From Eledone cirrhosa (Eukaryota): a stretch of DNA of 64,000 nucleotides. Below the pieces are notes generated by a model. It saw only the letters and a list, made by a program, of their open reading frames with translations. It was not told the DNA's origin and did not search any database. The stretch's first letter is position 1; every line of letters starts with the position of its first letter. The stretch is taken from the NCBI GenBank assembly GCA_964016885.1, contig OZ024741.1:223696001-223760000 (forward strand), written 5' to 3'. Shown here piece by piece: positions 1 to 12,600 of this stretch. The translations under genes and the position numbers were made by a program.

Positions 1-79
1 TGCTGATTCTACTTTTTTCTGCAAGCTAAAAAATATAGAAATAACTGTCTGTATGTGTTTGTGTGAGTATATATATATG

Positions 80-168
<89 letters not shown>

Positions 169-281
169 CAGACTGCAATGCCAAGTGGTTTCAGCTTGTG
201 TGTTCAGCAAGCCTTTTCATACACACACACACACAAATATGTATATGTATATATATCTCTCTATATATATATGTGTGTGTG

Positions 282-370
<89 letters not shown>

Positions 371-391
371 GCATATGTATATATACATAAG

Positions 392-440
<49 letters not shown>

Positions 441-605
441 GTATATATATACATAAGTATATAAGTATATATACATATTTATATATACATATACATATAT
501 ATATACATATACATATATATATATATGTGTGTATATATACATATATAAATATACGTATTTATATATGCATATACATATATATACATATATGTATATATGA
601 ATATG

Positions 606-657
<52 letters not shown>

Positions 658-698
658 CACACACACATGTATATATACATATTCATATATATATATAT

Positions 699-813
699 GC
701 ATTGTGTGCAGAGGATCTGCGCAGACTGGAGAGGAACGAAGCATGCTCCTTTGGATTGTGTAATAGTAATATACGTGAACAGCAAAGCATGAATGAACTA
801 AGTGAGAAATTAG
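699..813 (+). mobile_element. RTE-clade LINE fragment (post-RT C-terminal region)
   Basis: Translates [16 protein letters not shown]; close match to 53999-54116 of the LINE in this window. Confidence 0.9.
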
Positions 814-876
814 TGTGTGTGTATGTAATGTATATACATCTGTATATATACATACGTATATATATACATACATATG

Positions 877-925
<49 letters not shown>

Positions 926-926
926 G

Positions 927-959
<33 letters not shown>

Positions 960-1011
960 GTATATATACATACATACATATATATACATACATACATATA
1001 TATACATACAT

Positions 1012-1074
<63 letters not shown>

Positions 1075-1230
1075 TATATACATATGTATATTCTATTTAT
1101 ATATGTATATATGTATACATATGTATATATCTATGTATATATATATAGATATATATATAGATATATACATATGTATACATACATATGTATATATATATAC
1201 ATAGATATATACATATGTATACATATATAC

Positions 1231-1240
1231 ATATATGTAC

Positions 1241-1282
<42 letters not shown>

Positions 1283-1658
1283 ATATATATATATATTATA
1301 TATATATATGTATGTATATATATATATATGTATATGTATATATGTATACATATGTATATATATATATATGTATATATACTTACATATGTATATATTTATG
1401 TATATATATATATGTATACATATGTATATATCTATGTATATATATGTATGTATATATATATATGTATATATGTATACATATATATATATACATACATATA
1501 TATACATAGATATATACATATGTATACATATATATATATACATAAATATATACATATGTAAGTATATATACATATATATATATATACATATGTATACATA
1601 TATACATATACATATATATATATATACATACATATATATATATAATATATATATATAT

Positions 1659-1700
<42 letters not shown>

Positions 1701-1710
1701 GTACATATAT
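1231..1710. repeat. ~480 bp near-perfect palindrome within the microsatellite
   Basis: 1231-1250 is the reverse complement of 1691-1710 and 1371-1390 of 1551-1570; centre 1470/1471; ORFs 1185+ and 1097- are nearly identical. Confidence 0.9.
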
Positions 1711-1850
1711 ATACATATGTATACATACATGCATATATATATATATACATACGTATACACATATATATATATACATAGATATATACATATCTATATATAT
1801 ATATACATACCTATATATATATACATACCTATATATACATACATATATAC

Positions 1851-1910
<60 letters not shown>

Positions 1911-2081
1911 TACATATACATACATGCATATATATATATATATATACATATACATACATATACATACATATACATACATGCATATACATATATACATATG
2001 TATATATATATACATAAATATACATATATATACATACATATACATATAAATATATATACATACATATACATATATATATAT

Positions 2082-2112
<31 letters not shown>

Positions 2113-2579
2113 CATATACCTACATATATATAGACATATATTCCATTTCAATAACAATAACACTGCCGGAATGAATTATGAAGTGGGTGGGAAAGAAAAC
2201 AAAGAATTTATATATTAAGCACCAATGCTTCGAGGATGATGATAAAAAGAAATGAAAAAAATAAATTTTTAGAAAATAAATATAATAAACACCAAAAAAC
2301 GAGTTATCGTATATAATCTGAGAAAAAAATACATCCTTCAAGACATTGATAGAAAAAAGGTAAATTAAAAACAAAAAACGAACATGATCAAATGAACAAA
2401 ACAGTAGCAGACAAACAAGAGAAATAATTTTTTAAAAGCAAACAAAATAAAACTGAGAGTTGAAAAATGAAGAATTCTTTCAGTATTTTTCAATTTTGCA
2501 TCCGAGATGAGGTTACCAAAATATAAGAATCCATGGCATAGGAAATCAGAAAATATAAAATGGAAAAAAAAATGCATAT

Positions 2580-3765
2580 ACATATATATATACAACACAC
2601 TGGCAACATATACATATATACACAACACACACACATATATATATATACACAACACACTGGCAACATATACATATATACACAACACACTGGCAAGACATAC
2701 ACATATACATATATACACAACACACTGGCAACACATACATATATACACAACACACTGGCAACATATACATATATACACATTGGTATGGTCACGTGATGCG
2801 CATGAAAGACGACAGCTGTATAAAAAAGTGCAGGGCGATAAAAATAGACGGTAGCCACGGAGTAGGCAGACCCAGAAAAACCTGGGACGACTTGATAAAT
2901 TCCGACCTCACACACTTACACCTCTCCAAGACAATGTCACTGGACCGAGACCTTTGGCGGTACTCAGTAACAGAGAAGACCCGCCTTGCCTAAGTACAAA
3001 GCGAAACTTACAGTCAGTAGGCACCTCTTAACCAAAATACACCCCCGTCCCACTACCCCCACCCCATCCACACCACCCCTTTCAATGTAAAGTTATGTTG
3101 GTACCACAACATCCAGTCCGAAACAAATGAAGTTGTGTAGGTGTCACGACAAAAACACACAGTCCACGCTGTAATGTAGCCGTGTAGGTAACACGGTAAA
3201 AACCTCCCAGTCCACACTGTAAACGTGGTTGGTGTTAGGAAGGGCATCCAGCCGTAGAAAACCCGCCAGACAGTCCTATACAAGCAAGTCAACCAATCTT
3301 GCCTCAAGTGGGAAAATTCCCGTCCAGACCCATGCTAGCGTGGAAGATGGACGTTAAACGATGATGATGATGATGATGACACAACACACTGGCAAGACAT
3401 ACACATATACATATATACACAACACACTGGCAAGACATACATATATACACAAGACACTGGCAAGACATACACATATACATATATACACAACACACTGGCA
3501 ACATATACACATATACATATATACACAACACACTGGCAACATATACACATATACATATATACACAACACACTGGCAACATATACATATATACACAACACA
3601 CTGGCAACATATACATATATACACAACACACTGGCAACACATACACATATATATATATACACAACACACTGGCAACATATACATATATACACAACACACT
3701 GGCAACATATACACATAAACATATATACACAACACACTGGCAACACATACACATATATACATCTA
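2580..3765. repeat. ~30 bp minisatellite (ACACAACACACTGGCAACATATACATATAT), interrupted by a LINE 3' end
   Basis: Repeated CACAACACACTGGCAA core on both sides of 2780-3378. Confidence 0.93.
2780..3378 (+). mobile_element. RTE-clade LINE 3' end (ORF end, 3' UTR, (GAT)n tail)
   Basis: WYGHVMRMKDDSCIKKC..GRPRKTW; collinear with 54160-54760; ends ACGTTAAACG(ATG)n. Confidence 0.93.
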
Positions 3766-4317
3766 TGCCAACATGCACATGTGCACAATTCCATACACAC
3801 ACCTGCACACACACACACACACATACATATACACATACACATATACATACACACATACCACATATATACATCCACACACACGTGTACATATTCATATACA
3901 TACCTGGAGATAAAAACAGTGAAGTGTGTGGATTATGACTGCTTGGATCAAATCATGGATTGGTGCCATTGAAATTTTGCAAGCAGATCCTGGTTTTACA
4001 GGAAGTAGCTTCTTTGGATAATGGTGAGGCTTTGTGTTTCACAAATATTGCCTCTTAGCATTGGCAGAAACTCAGAAATTTATGAGAAAGAGAGAGAGAG
4101 ATGAGAAAAAGATAGAGCATTCAATAGAAAGGAAAGAAAAAAAAGAAGGGTCCTTACTCCAAAAGGATTTGTAGAGGCGCCATCACGACACACAGCATGT
4201 CTTGTGCATTTTAAACTTGATAGAGCCCATCATCTCTCCAAGTTTGAATACGGCAGATTTCCTTCTAAGAAAGAAAGAATACATGATATGGAAGAAGAAT
4301 CATCTCTAGTATTGGGC

Positions 4318-4451
4318 TAGTACTATATTTATCAACCTTGAAAGGATGAAAGACAAAGATGACATCAGCGAGATTTAAACTGAGAGCACAGTGAGCCAAA
4401 ACAAATACCAAAGCTTTTAATCCAATGCCTTAACAAGTCTGCCAATTCGAC
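4318..4451 (-). mobile_element. Degenerate tRNA-type SINE, family B (Nin/Deu-like core)
   Basis: GAAAGGATGAAAGACAAAG..GAGATTTAAACTGAG resembles the copies at 24936-25442 and 51471-51656. Confidence 0.6.
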
Positions 4452-5004
4452 TTTATTTTTGGCTCTCTCTATATATTTTATATGTATACTATAGAAATGG
4501 AGATAGTCAGTCCATCGTTTTCCTTCTCCCTACCATGCCACTTTCTCTCTGTTTCTCTCTCTCTTTCTTTCTCTCTCCATCCCCCTTCTCTTCCCTTCTC
4601 TCTCCAATAGCCAGCATATTTTATTATTTGTTTCTGATATCCCCAAACCTCTGGGACCAATCTGCTGTCCCTTATAACCTATACCCCCCCTCCTAAATAC
4701 ATCCACATCTAGACACACCTGCTATAAACGACACTACATGATAAGCTTAAATCTTGAGAATTTATTCCTAATCTAATCCGATCAACCCACTCTGTTAATT
4801 CCAGTTTGTTATTCTTCCAAACTGCATTTCTATATTCTCCAGATAAAGATATTCGACTTATTGACCACAATAGCCATGATAGAGAAGTCTTTTAGTCTAT
4901 CCATTCCATACCATTTACAGCAGAAGGCCAAATCTTGTTTGTGTATCCAGGTTTTTAAAATAGATACACTGTATCCCTGCATGTCATGAGAGGAAACTAA
5001 AAGA

Positions 5005-5103
5005 CTAGCATCATGAAGGGCATCCAGCAGTAAAATATTGTTTCAAAATATCCCATCCAACCCATGGCAACATGGAATGGTGAACATAAAAATGATGATG
5101 ATG
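5005..5103 (+). mobile_element. Degenerate SINE/RTE 3' tail fragment
   Basis: GAAGGGCATCCAGC..CCAACCCATGGCAACATGGAA..(GAT)n. Confidence 0.6.
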
Positions 5104-6559
5104 TTTAACTCCAACACAACACTGATCTAGTTGTGTAAGACATTTCTACTTGAGTAAGACATTTCATTTCACTTTGCTTTTCATGATAGGACTAGTGCCA
5201 CTATCATTAAAACATCCCAAGAAACCTCCTATGAGATGCAACCTCATAGAAGACCAGCTAAACCAGCATAAGAGTGAGCTGTGAATTCCATTTTTTTTAT
5301 TTTCTTAGTCAAGTATTGCATGTTTTGCATGAATACTGGAAATGCCACTGTAGACAGTTGAGGTCTTGGTCATAGACACATTGCAGTGCCAATGATAGGT
5401 CATGAACCATTGATCACTTGGTTGTGTTGTCTGGTAATTCCATCAACTCACTCTTCTCCATTACACAAATTAATTGTGAAGAAAATGGAAAATAAAATTT
5501 AAAAAATGAAAAATAATTGAAAAATGTTTTGTGTTTCAGAGATATTCTTTATACCACCTACATTTATTTTATATTTTTATCCCCATTGTGCTTCAAGTCT
5601 TCTCAAGGAATTGATTCTATTTGTAAATATCACCAGATACGTTACAGAAAGAAGATTTTATAGTTTGAAGTTTAACTACCACAATTTCACTTAACCATCA
5701 GAATAAAACTTGTATTTATTTCAATGAAATCTCTTTTAAAATAAATAAAAAGCAAAATTCAAACAAAAGAAAACTGAAAGAATCATAAAATAAATAGATA
5801 AATAAAAAGAAAAAGCTGGAACATTTTTCAAGAATTCCAATATGGCTTACTTTTTCTTTGCATGCAGCTCCAAAAATATACATTTCACATTATATTCTGA
5901 AGAATAGTAACAAACTTTCAGTTTACATTTATAGACATGCTCTTTTTAAACCCCAAACCCACCTGCCCACTCACCTCCAATGCAATCATTTTTATTGAAA
6001 AGAATCAACTGTCTGTGTTCTTTAGAAATAGCCATTTTAAAGATATATGACTGCAGAAGTTAGGTTTGTCATTTTATCAAAGCCAAAAAAAATACAATAA
6101 ACGTTGAAGGAGTGCGTTTTTGCTTTTACGACATCTTTCTGTCTATCTCATGGACCTGAATGGGATAGAATTTCTTTTGGAAATGGGTCTATTTACCAAA
6201 AATTTAACCATAAATTCACATTTCAGTTATATGCTTATTTTTCCATCTACCCCCCTCCTCCCTCGCCGTTTACTATTAACCATCAGCAAAATTGAAAACA
6301 GGAATTGGAAGAGAAATTGAAGAAAATACATAAACAGAATAAAAAGCAATCTGTAGACTTTTACCAATAATTTATAGTATGAATCATTTGTAATGTGGCT
6401 GTCATTCATGAAGCAGAAATTACAACACCCTGTATGAGAATATAGTGTGTCTTTCACGTCATTTATTGACCATAGAATCAATTCAGACATTATGGTCCCC
6501 ACTTAACTCAGTTCAGCTTTACTCTGAAAATAAGAGTGGCTTGTTTATTATATTTTAGT

Positions 6560-6830
6560 TGTGTATGTGTGTGTGTGTTAGCATGTATGAGAGACTATAT
6601 CAATGTGTGTGCTGTTTGTAGACACAAGTGTGTACACATATGTATGTGTGCATGAAGTATGTATCTATGTATGTGTGTATGAAGTATGTATGTATGTATG
6701 TGTGTGTGCATACATGTGTACACACATCTTTACATATGCATATTTTATATGTAAGAGTGAGCTATCTGTGTGTATGTATGTGTAATATGTGTGAATGTTT
6801 GTATTCGTATGTGTATGTGTATGTAAATGT
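6560..6830. repeat. (TG/TATG) microsatellite
   Basis: Direct inspection. Confidence 0.8.
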
Positions 6831-6887
6831 GGATAATTTTGTTTACGTATTTAAAATTTATTTCTTTAAAATGATATTCTAGAAGAG

Positions 6888-9620
6888 ATGATGGTGATAT
6901 GTATGGTGGTGGTGGTGGTGGTGGTAATAATGGTATGTAAGGAGATGGTGGAGGTACCTGTAGTAGTGGTGGTGGTGGTGGTGGTAATAATGGTATGTGA
7001 GGAGATGGTGGAGGTACCTGTGGTGGTGGTAGTGGTGGTAATAATGGTATGTGAGGAGATGGTGGAGGTACCTGTAGTGGTGGTGGTGGTGGTGGTGGTA
7101 ATAATGGTATGTAAGGAGATGGTGGAGGTACCTGTAGTGGTGGTGGTGGTAGTGGTGGTAATAATGGTATGTAAGGAGATGGTGGAGGTACCTGTAGTGG
7201 TGGTGGTGGTAGTGGTGGTAATAATGGTATGTAAGGAGATGGTGGAGGTACCTGTAGTGGTGGTAATAATGGTATGTGAGGAGATGGTGGAGGTACCTGT
7301 AGTGGTGGTGGTGGTAGTGGTGGTAATAATGGTATGTAAGGAGATGGTGGAGGTACCTGTAGTGGTGGTAATAATGGTATGTAAGGAGATGGTGGAGGTA
7401 CCTGTAGTAGTGGTGGTGGTAATAATGGTATGTAAGGAGATGGAGGTACCTGTAGTGGTGGTGGTGGTAGTGGTGGTAATAATGGTATGTAAGGAGATGG
7501 TGGAGGTACCTGTGGTGGTGGTAGTGGTTGTGGTAATAACGGTATGTAAGGGGATGGTGGAGGAACCTGTAGTGGTGGTGGTGGTAGTGGTGGTAATAAT
7601 GGTATGTAAGGAGATGGTGGAGGTACCTGTAGTGGTGGTAATAATGGTATGTAAGGAGATGGAGGTACCTGTAGTGGTGGTGGTGGTAGTGGTGGTAATA
7701 ATGGTATGTAAGGAGATGGTGGAGGTACCTGTAGTGGTGGTGGTGGTGGTGGTGGTAATAATGGTATGTAAGGAGATGGTGGAGGTACCTGTAGTGGTGG
7801 TGGTGGTAGTGGTGGTAATAATGGTATGTAAGGAGATGGAGGTACCTGTAGTGGTGGTGGTGGTAGTGGTGGTAATAATGGTATGTAAGGAGATGGTGGA
7901 GGTACCTGTAGTGGTGGTAATAATGGTATGTAAGGAGATGGTGGAGGTACCTGTAGTGGTGGTGGTGGTAGTGGTGGTAATAATGGTATGTGAGGAGATG
8001 GTGGAGGTACCTGTAGTGGTGGTGGTGGTAGTGGTGGTAATAATGGTATGTAAGGAGATGGAGGTACCTGTGGTGGTGGTAGTGGTTGTGGTAATAATGG
8101 TATGTAAGGAGATGGTGGAGGTACCTGTAGTGGTGGTGGTGGTAGTGGTGGTAATAATGGTATGTAAGGAGATGGTGGAGGTACCTGTAGTGGTGGTAAT
8201 AATGGTATGTAAGGAGATGGTGGAGGTACCTGTAGTGGTGGTGGTAGTGGTTGTGGTAATAATGGTATGTAAGGAGATGGTGGAGGTACCTGTAGTGGTG
8301 GTGGTAGTGGTTGTGGTAATAATGGTATGTAAGGAGATGGTGGAGGTACCTGTAGTGGTGGTGGTGGTAGTGGTGGTAATAATGGTATGTAAGGAGATGG
8401 TGGAGGTACCTGTAGTGGTGGTGGTGGTAGTGGTTGTGGTAATAATGGTATGTAAGGAGATGGTGGAGGTACCTGTAGTGGTGGTGGTGGTGGTGGTGGT
8501 AATAATGGTATGTGAGGAGATGGTGGAGGTACCTGTAGTGGTGGTGGTGGTAGTGGTGGTAATAATGGTAAGTAAGGAGATGGTGGAGGTACCTGTAGTG
8601 GTGGTGGTGGTAGTGGTGGTAATAATGGTATGTGAGGAGATGGTGGAGGTACCTGTAGTGGTGGTGGTGGTAGTGGTGGTAATAATGTTATGTGAGGAGA
8701 TGGTGGAGGTACCTGTAGTGGTGGTGGTGGTAGTGGTGGTAATAATGGTATGTAAGGAGATGGTGGAGGTATCTGTAGTGGTGGTAGTAGTGGTGGTAAT
8801 AATGGTATGTAAGGAGATGGTGGAGGTACCTGTAGTGGTGGTGGTAGTGGTTGTGGTAATAATGGTATGTAAGGAGATGGTGGAGGTACCTGTAGTGGTG
8901 GTGGTGGTAGTGGTGGTAATAATGGTATGTAAGGAGATGGTGGAGGTACCTGTAGTGGTGGTGGTAGTGGTTGTGGTAATAACGGTATGTAAGGGGATGG
9001 TGGAGGTACCTGTAGTGGTGGTGGTGGTTGTGGTTGTGGTAATAATGGTATGTAAGGAGATGGTGGAGGTACCTGTAGTTGTGGTAATAATGGTATGTAA
9101 GGAGATGGTGGAGGTACCTGTAGTGGTGGTGGTGGTAGTGGTGGTAATAATGGTATGTAAGGAGATGGTGGAGGTACCTGTAGTGGTGGTAATAATGGTA
9201 TGTAAGGAGATGGTGGAGGTACCTGTAGTGGTGGTGGTGGTAGTGGTGGTAATAATGGTATGTAAGGAGATGGTGGAGATACCTGTAGTGGTGGTGGTGG
9301 TAGTGGTGGTAATAATGGTATGTAAGGAGATGGTGGAGGTACCTGTAGTGGTGGTGGTAGTGGTTGTGGTAATAATGGTATGTAAGGAGATGGTGGAGAT
9401 ACCTGTAGTGGTGGTGGTGGTAGTGGTGGTAATAATGGTATGTAAGGAGATGGTGGAGGTACCTGTAGTGGTGGTGGTAGTGGTTGTGGTAATAATGGTA
9501 TGTAAGGAGATGGTGGAGGTACCTGTAGTGGTGGTGGTGGTGGTGGTGGTAATAATGGTATGTATGGAAATGGTGGATGTCATGGTATGTATGGTGATGG
9601 TGGAGGTGCCTGTGGTGGTA
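6888..9620. repeat. Minisatellite A: GTAATAATGGTATGTAAGGAGATGGTGGAGGTACCTGTA(GTG)n, 45-63 bp units
   Basis: About 47 units; lengths vary in multiples of 3 through the GTG tract. Confidence 0.97.
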
Positions 9621-9639
9621 ATGGTGGTGATATTGGTTG

Positions 9640-12600
9640 TGGTGACAATGATGGTATATATATGGTGATATTGGTTGTGGTGACAATGATGGTTTATATA
9701 TGGTGATAGTGGAGGTGGTGGAGGTGGTGACAATGATGGTATGTATATGGTGATAGTGGAGGTGGTGGAGGTGGTGACAATGATGGTATATATATGGTGG
9801 TGGTGGTGGTGACAATGATGGTATGTATATGGTGATAGTGGAGATGGTGGAGGTGGTGACAATGATGGTATATATATGGTGATAGTGGAGGTGGTGGAGG
9901 TGGTGACAATGATGGTATATATATGGTGGTGGTGGAGGTGGTGGAGGTGGTGACAATGATGGTATGTATATGGTGATAGTGGAGGTGGTGGAGGTGGTGA
10001 CAATGATGGTATATATATGGTGATAGTGGAGGTGGTGGAGGTGGTGACAATGATGGTATATATATGGTGGTGGTGGTGGTGACAATGATGGTATGTATAT
10101 GGTGATAGTGGAGATGGTGGAGGTGGTGACAATGATGGTATATATATGGTGATAGTGGAGGTGGTGGAGGTGGTGACAATGATGGTATATATATGGTGGT
10201 GGTGGAGGTGGTGGAGGTGGTGACAATGATGGTATATATATGGTGGTAGTGGAGGTGGTGGAGGTGGTGACAATGATGGTATATATATGGTGATAGTGGA
10301 GGTGGTGGAGGTGGTGACAATGATGGTATATATATGGTGGTGGTGGAGGTGGTGGAGGTGGTGACAATGATGGTATATATATGGTGGTAGTGGAGGTGGT
10401 GACAATGATGGTATATATATGGTGATAGTGGAGGTGGTGGAGGTGGTGACAATGATGGTATATATATGGTGGTGGTGGAGGTGGTGGAGGTGGTGACAAT
10501 GATGGTATGTATATGGTGGTGGTGGAGGTGGTGGAGGTGGTGACAATGATGGTATATATATGGTGATAGTGGAGGTGGTGGAGGTGGTGACAATGATGGT
10601 ATATATATGGTGGTGGTGGAGGTGGTGGCAATGATGATATGTATATGGTGGAGGTGGTGGTGGTGGTGACAATGATGGTATATATATGGTGATAGTGGAG
10701 GTGGTGAAGGTGGTGACAATGATGGTATGTATATGGTGATAGTGGAGGTGGTGGAGGTGGTGACAATGATGGTATGTATATGGTGATAGTGGAGGTGGTG
10801 GTGGTGGTGACAATGATGGTATATATATGGTGATAGTGGAGGTGGTGGTGGTGGTGACAATGATGGTATGTATATGGTGATAGTGGAGGTGGTGGAGGTG
10901 GTGACAATGATGGTATATATATGGTGGTAGTGGAGGTGGTGACAATGATGGTATGTATATGGTGATAGTGGAGGTGGTGGAGGTGGTGACAATGATGGTA
11001 TATATATGGTGATAGTGGAGGTGGTGGAGGTGGTGACAATGATGGTATGTATATGGTGATAGTGGAGGTGGTGGTGGTGGTGACAATGATGGTATGTATA
11101 TGGTGATAGTGGAGGTGGTGGTGGTGGTGACAATGATGGTATGTATATGGTGGTGGTGGAGGTGGTGGTGGTGGTGACAATGATGGTATATATATGGTGA
11201 TAGTGGAGGTGGTGGTGGCGGTGGTGACAATGATGGTATGTATATGGTGATAGTGGAGGTGGTGGAGGTGGTGACAATGATGGTATATATATGGTGATAG
11301 TGGAGGTGGTGGAGGTGGTGGTGACAATGATGGTATATATATGGTGATAGTGGAGGTGGTGGTGGTGGTGGTGACAATGATGGTATGTATATGGTGGTGG
11401 TGGAGGTGGTGGTGGTGGGGACAATGATGGTATATATATGGTGATAGTGGAGGTGGTGGTGGCGGTGGTGACAATGATGGTATGTATATGGTGATAGTGG
11501 AGGTGGTGGAGGTGGTGACAATGATGGTATATATATGGTGATAGTGGAGGTGGTGGAGGTGGTGACAATGATGGTATATATATGGTGATAGTGGAGGTGG
11601 TGGAGGTGGTGACAATGATGGTATATATATGGTGGTGGTGGTGGTGACAATGATGGTATGTATATGGTGATAGTGGAGATGGTGGAGGTGGTGACAATGA
11701 TGGTATATATATGGTGATAGTGGAGGTGGTGGAGGTGGTGACAATGATGGTATATATATGGTGATAGTGGAGGTGGTGGAGGTGGTGACAATGATGGTAT
11801 GTATATGGTGATAGTGGAGGTGGTGGTGGTGGTGACAATGATGGTATGTATATGGTGATAGTGGAGGTGGTGGTGGTGGTGACAATGATGGTATGTATAT
11901 GGTGATAGTGGAGGCGGTGGTGGTGGTGACAATGATGGTAGTGGAGGTGGTGGTGGTGGTGACAATGATGGTATATATATGGTGGTGGTGGTGGTGGTGG
12001 TGACAATGATGGTATATATATGGTGGTGGTGGAGGTGGTGGTGGTGTTGACAATGATGGTATGTATATGGTGGTGGTGGTAGTGGTGACAATGATGGTAT
12101 ATATATGGTGATAGTGGAGGTGGTGGTGGTGGTGACAATGATGGTATGTATATGGTGATAGTGGAGGTGGTGGAGATGGTGGTGGTGGTGACAATGATGG
12201 TATGTATATGGTGATAGTGGAGGTGGTGGAGGTGGTGACATTGATGGTATGTATATGGTGATAGTGGAGGTGGTGGTGGTGGTGGTGGTGGTGACAATGA
12301 TGGTATATATATGGTGATAGTGGAGGTGGTGGTGGTGGTGACAATGATGGTATGTATATGGTGATAGTGGAGGTGGTGGTGGTGGTGACAATGATGGTAT
12401 ATATATGGTGGTGGTGGAGGTGGTGGAGGTGGTGACAATGATGGTATGTATATGGTGATAGTGGAGGTGGTGGAGATGGTGGTGGTGGTGACAATGATGG
12501 TATGTATATGGTGATAGTGGAGGTGGTGGAGGTGGTGACATTGATGGTATGTATATGGTGATAGTGGAGGTGGTGGAGGTGGTGACAATGATGGTATGTA

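Larger units (their letters stand above)
53..2131. repeat. (TA)n/(TATG)n compound microsatellite with embedded islands
   Basis: Long TA runs with TG/CA variants; YIYI-type ORFs in all frames. Confidence 0.97.

Noticed and set aside
53-3972. Numerous YIYI/CVCV ORFs
   Set aside because: Dinucleotide repeats lack stop codons.
6888-9668. 926 aa poly-Val ORF
   Set aside because: Translation of the GTG-rich minisatellite A; implausible composition.
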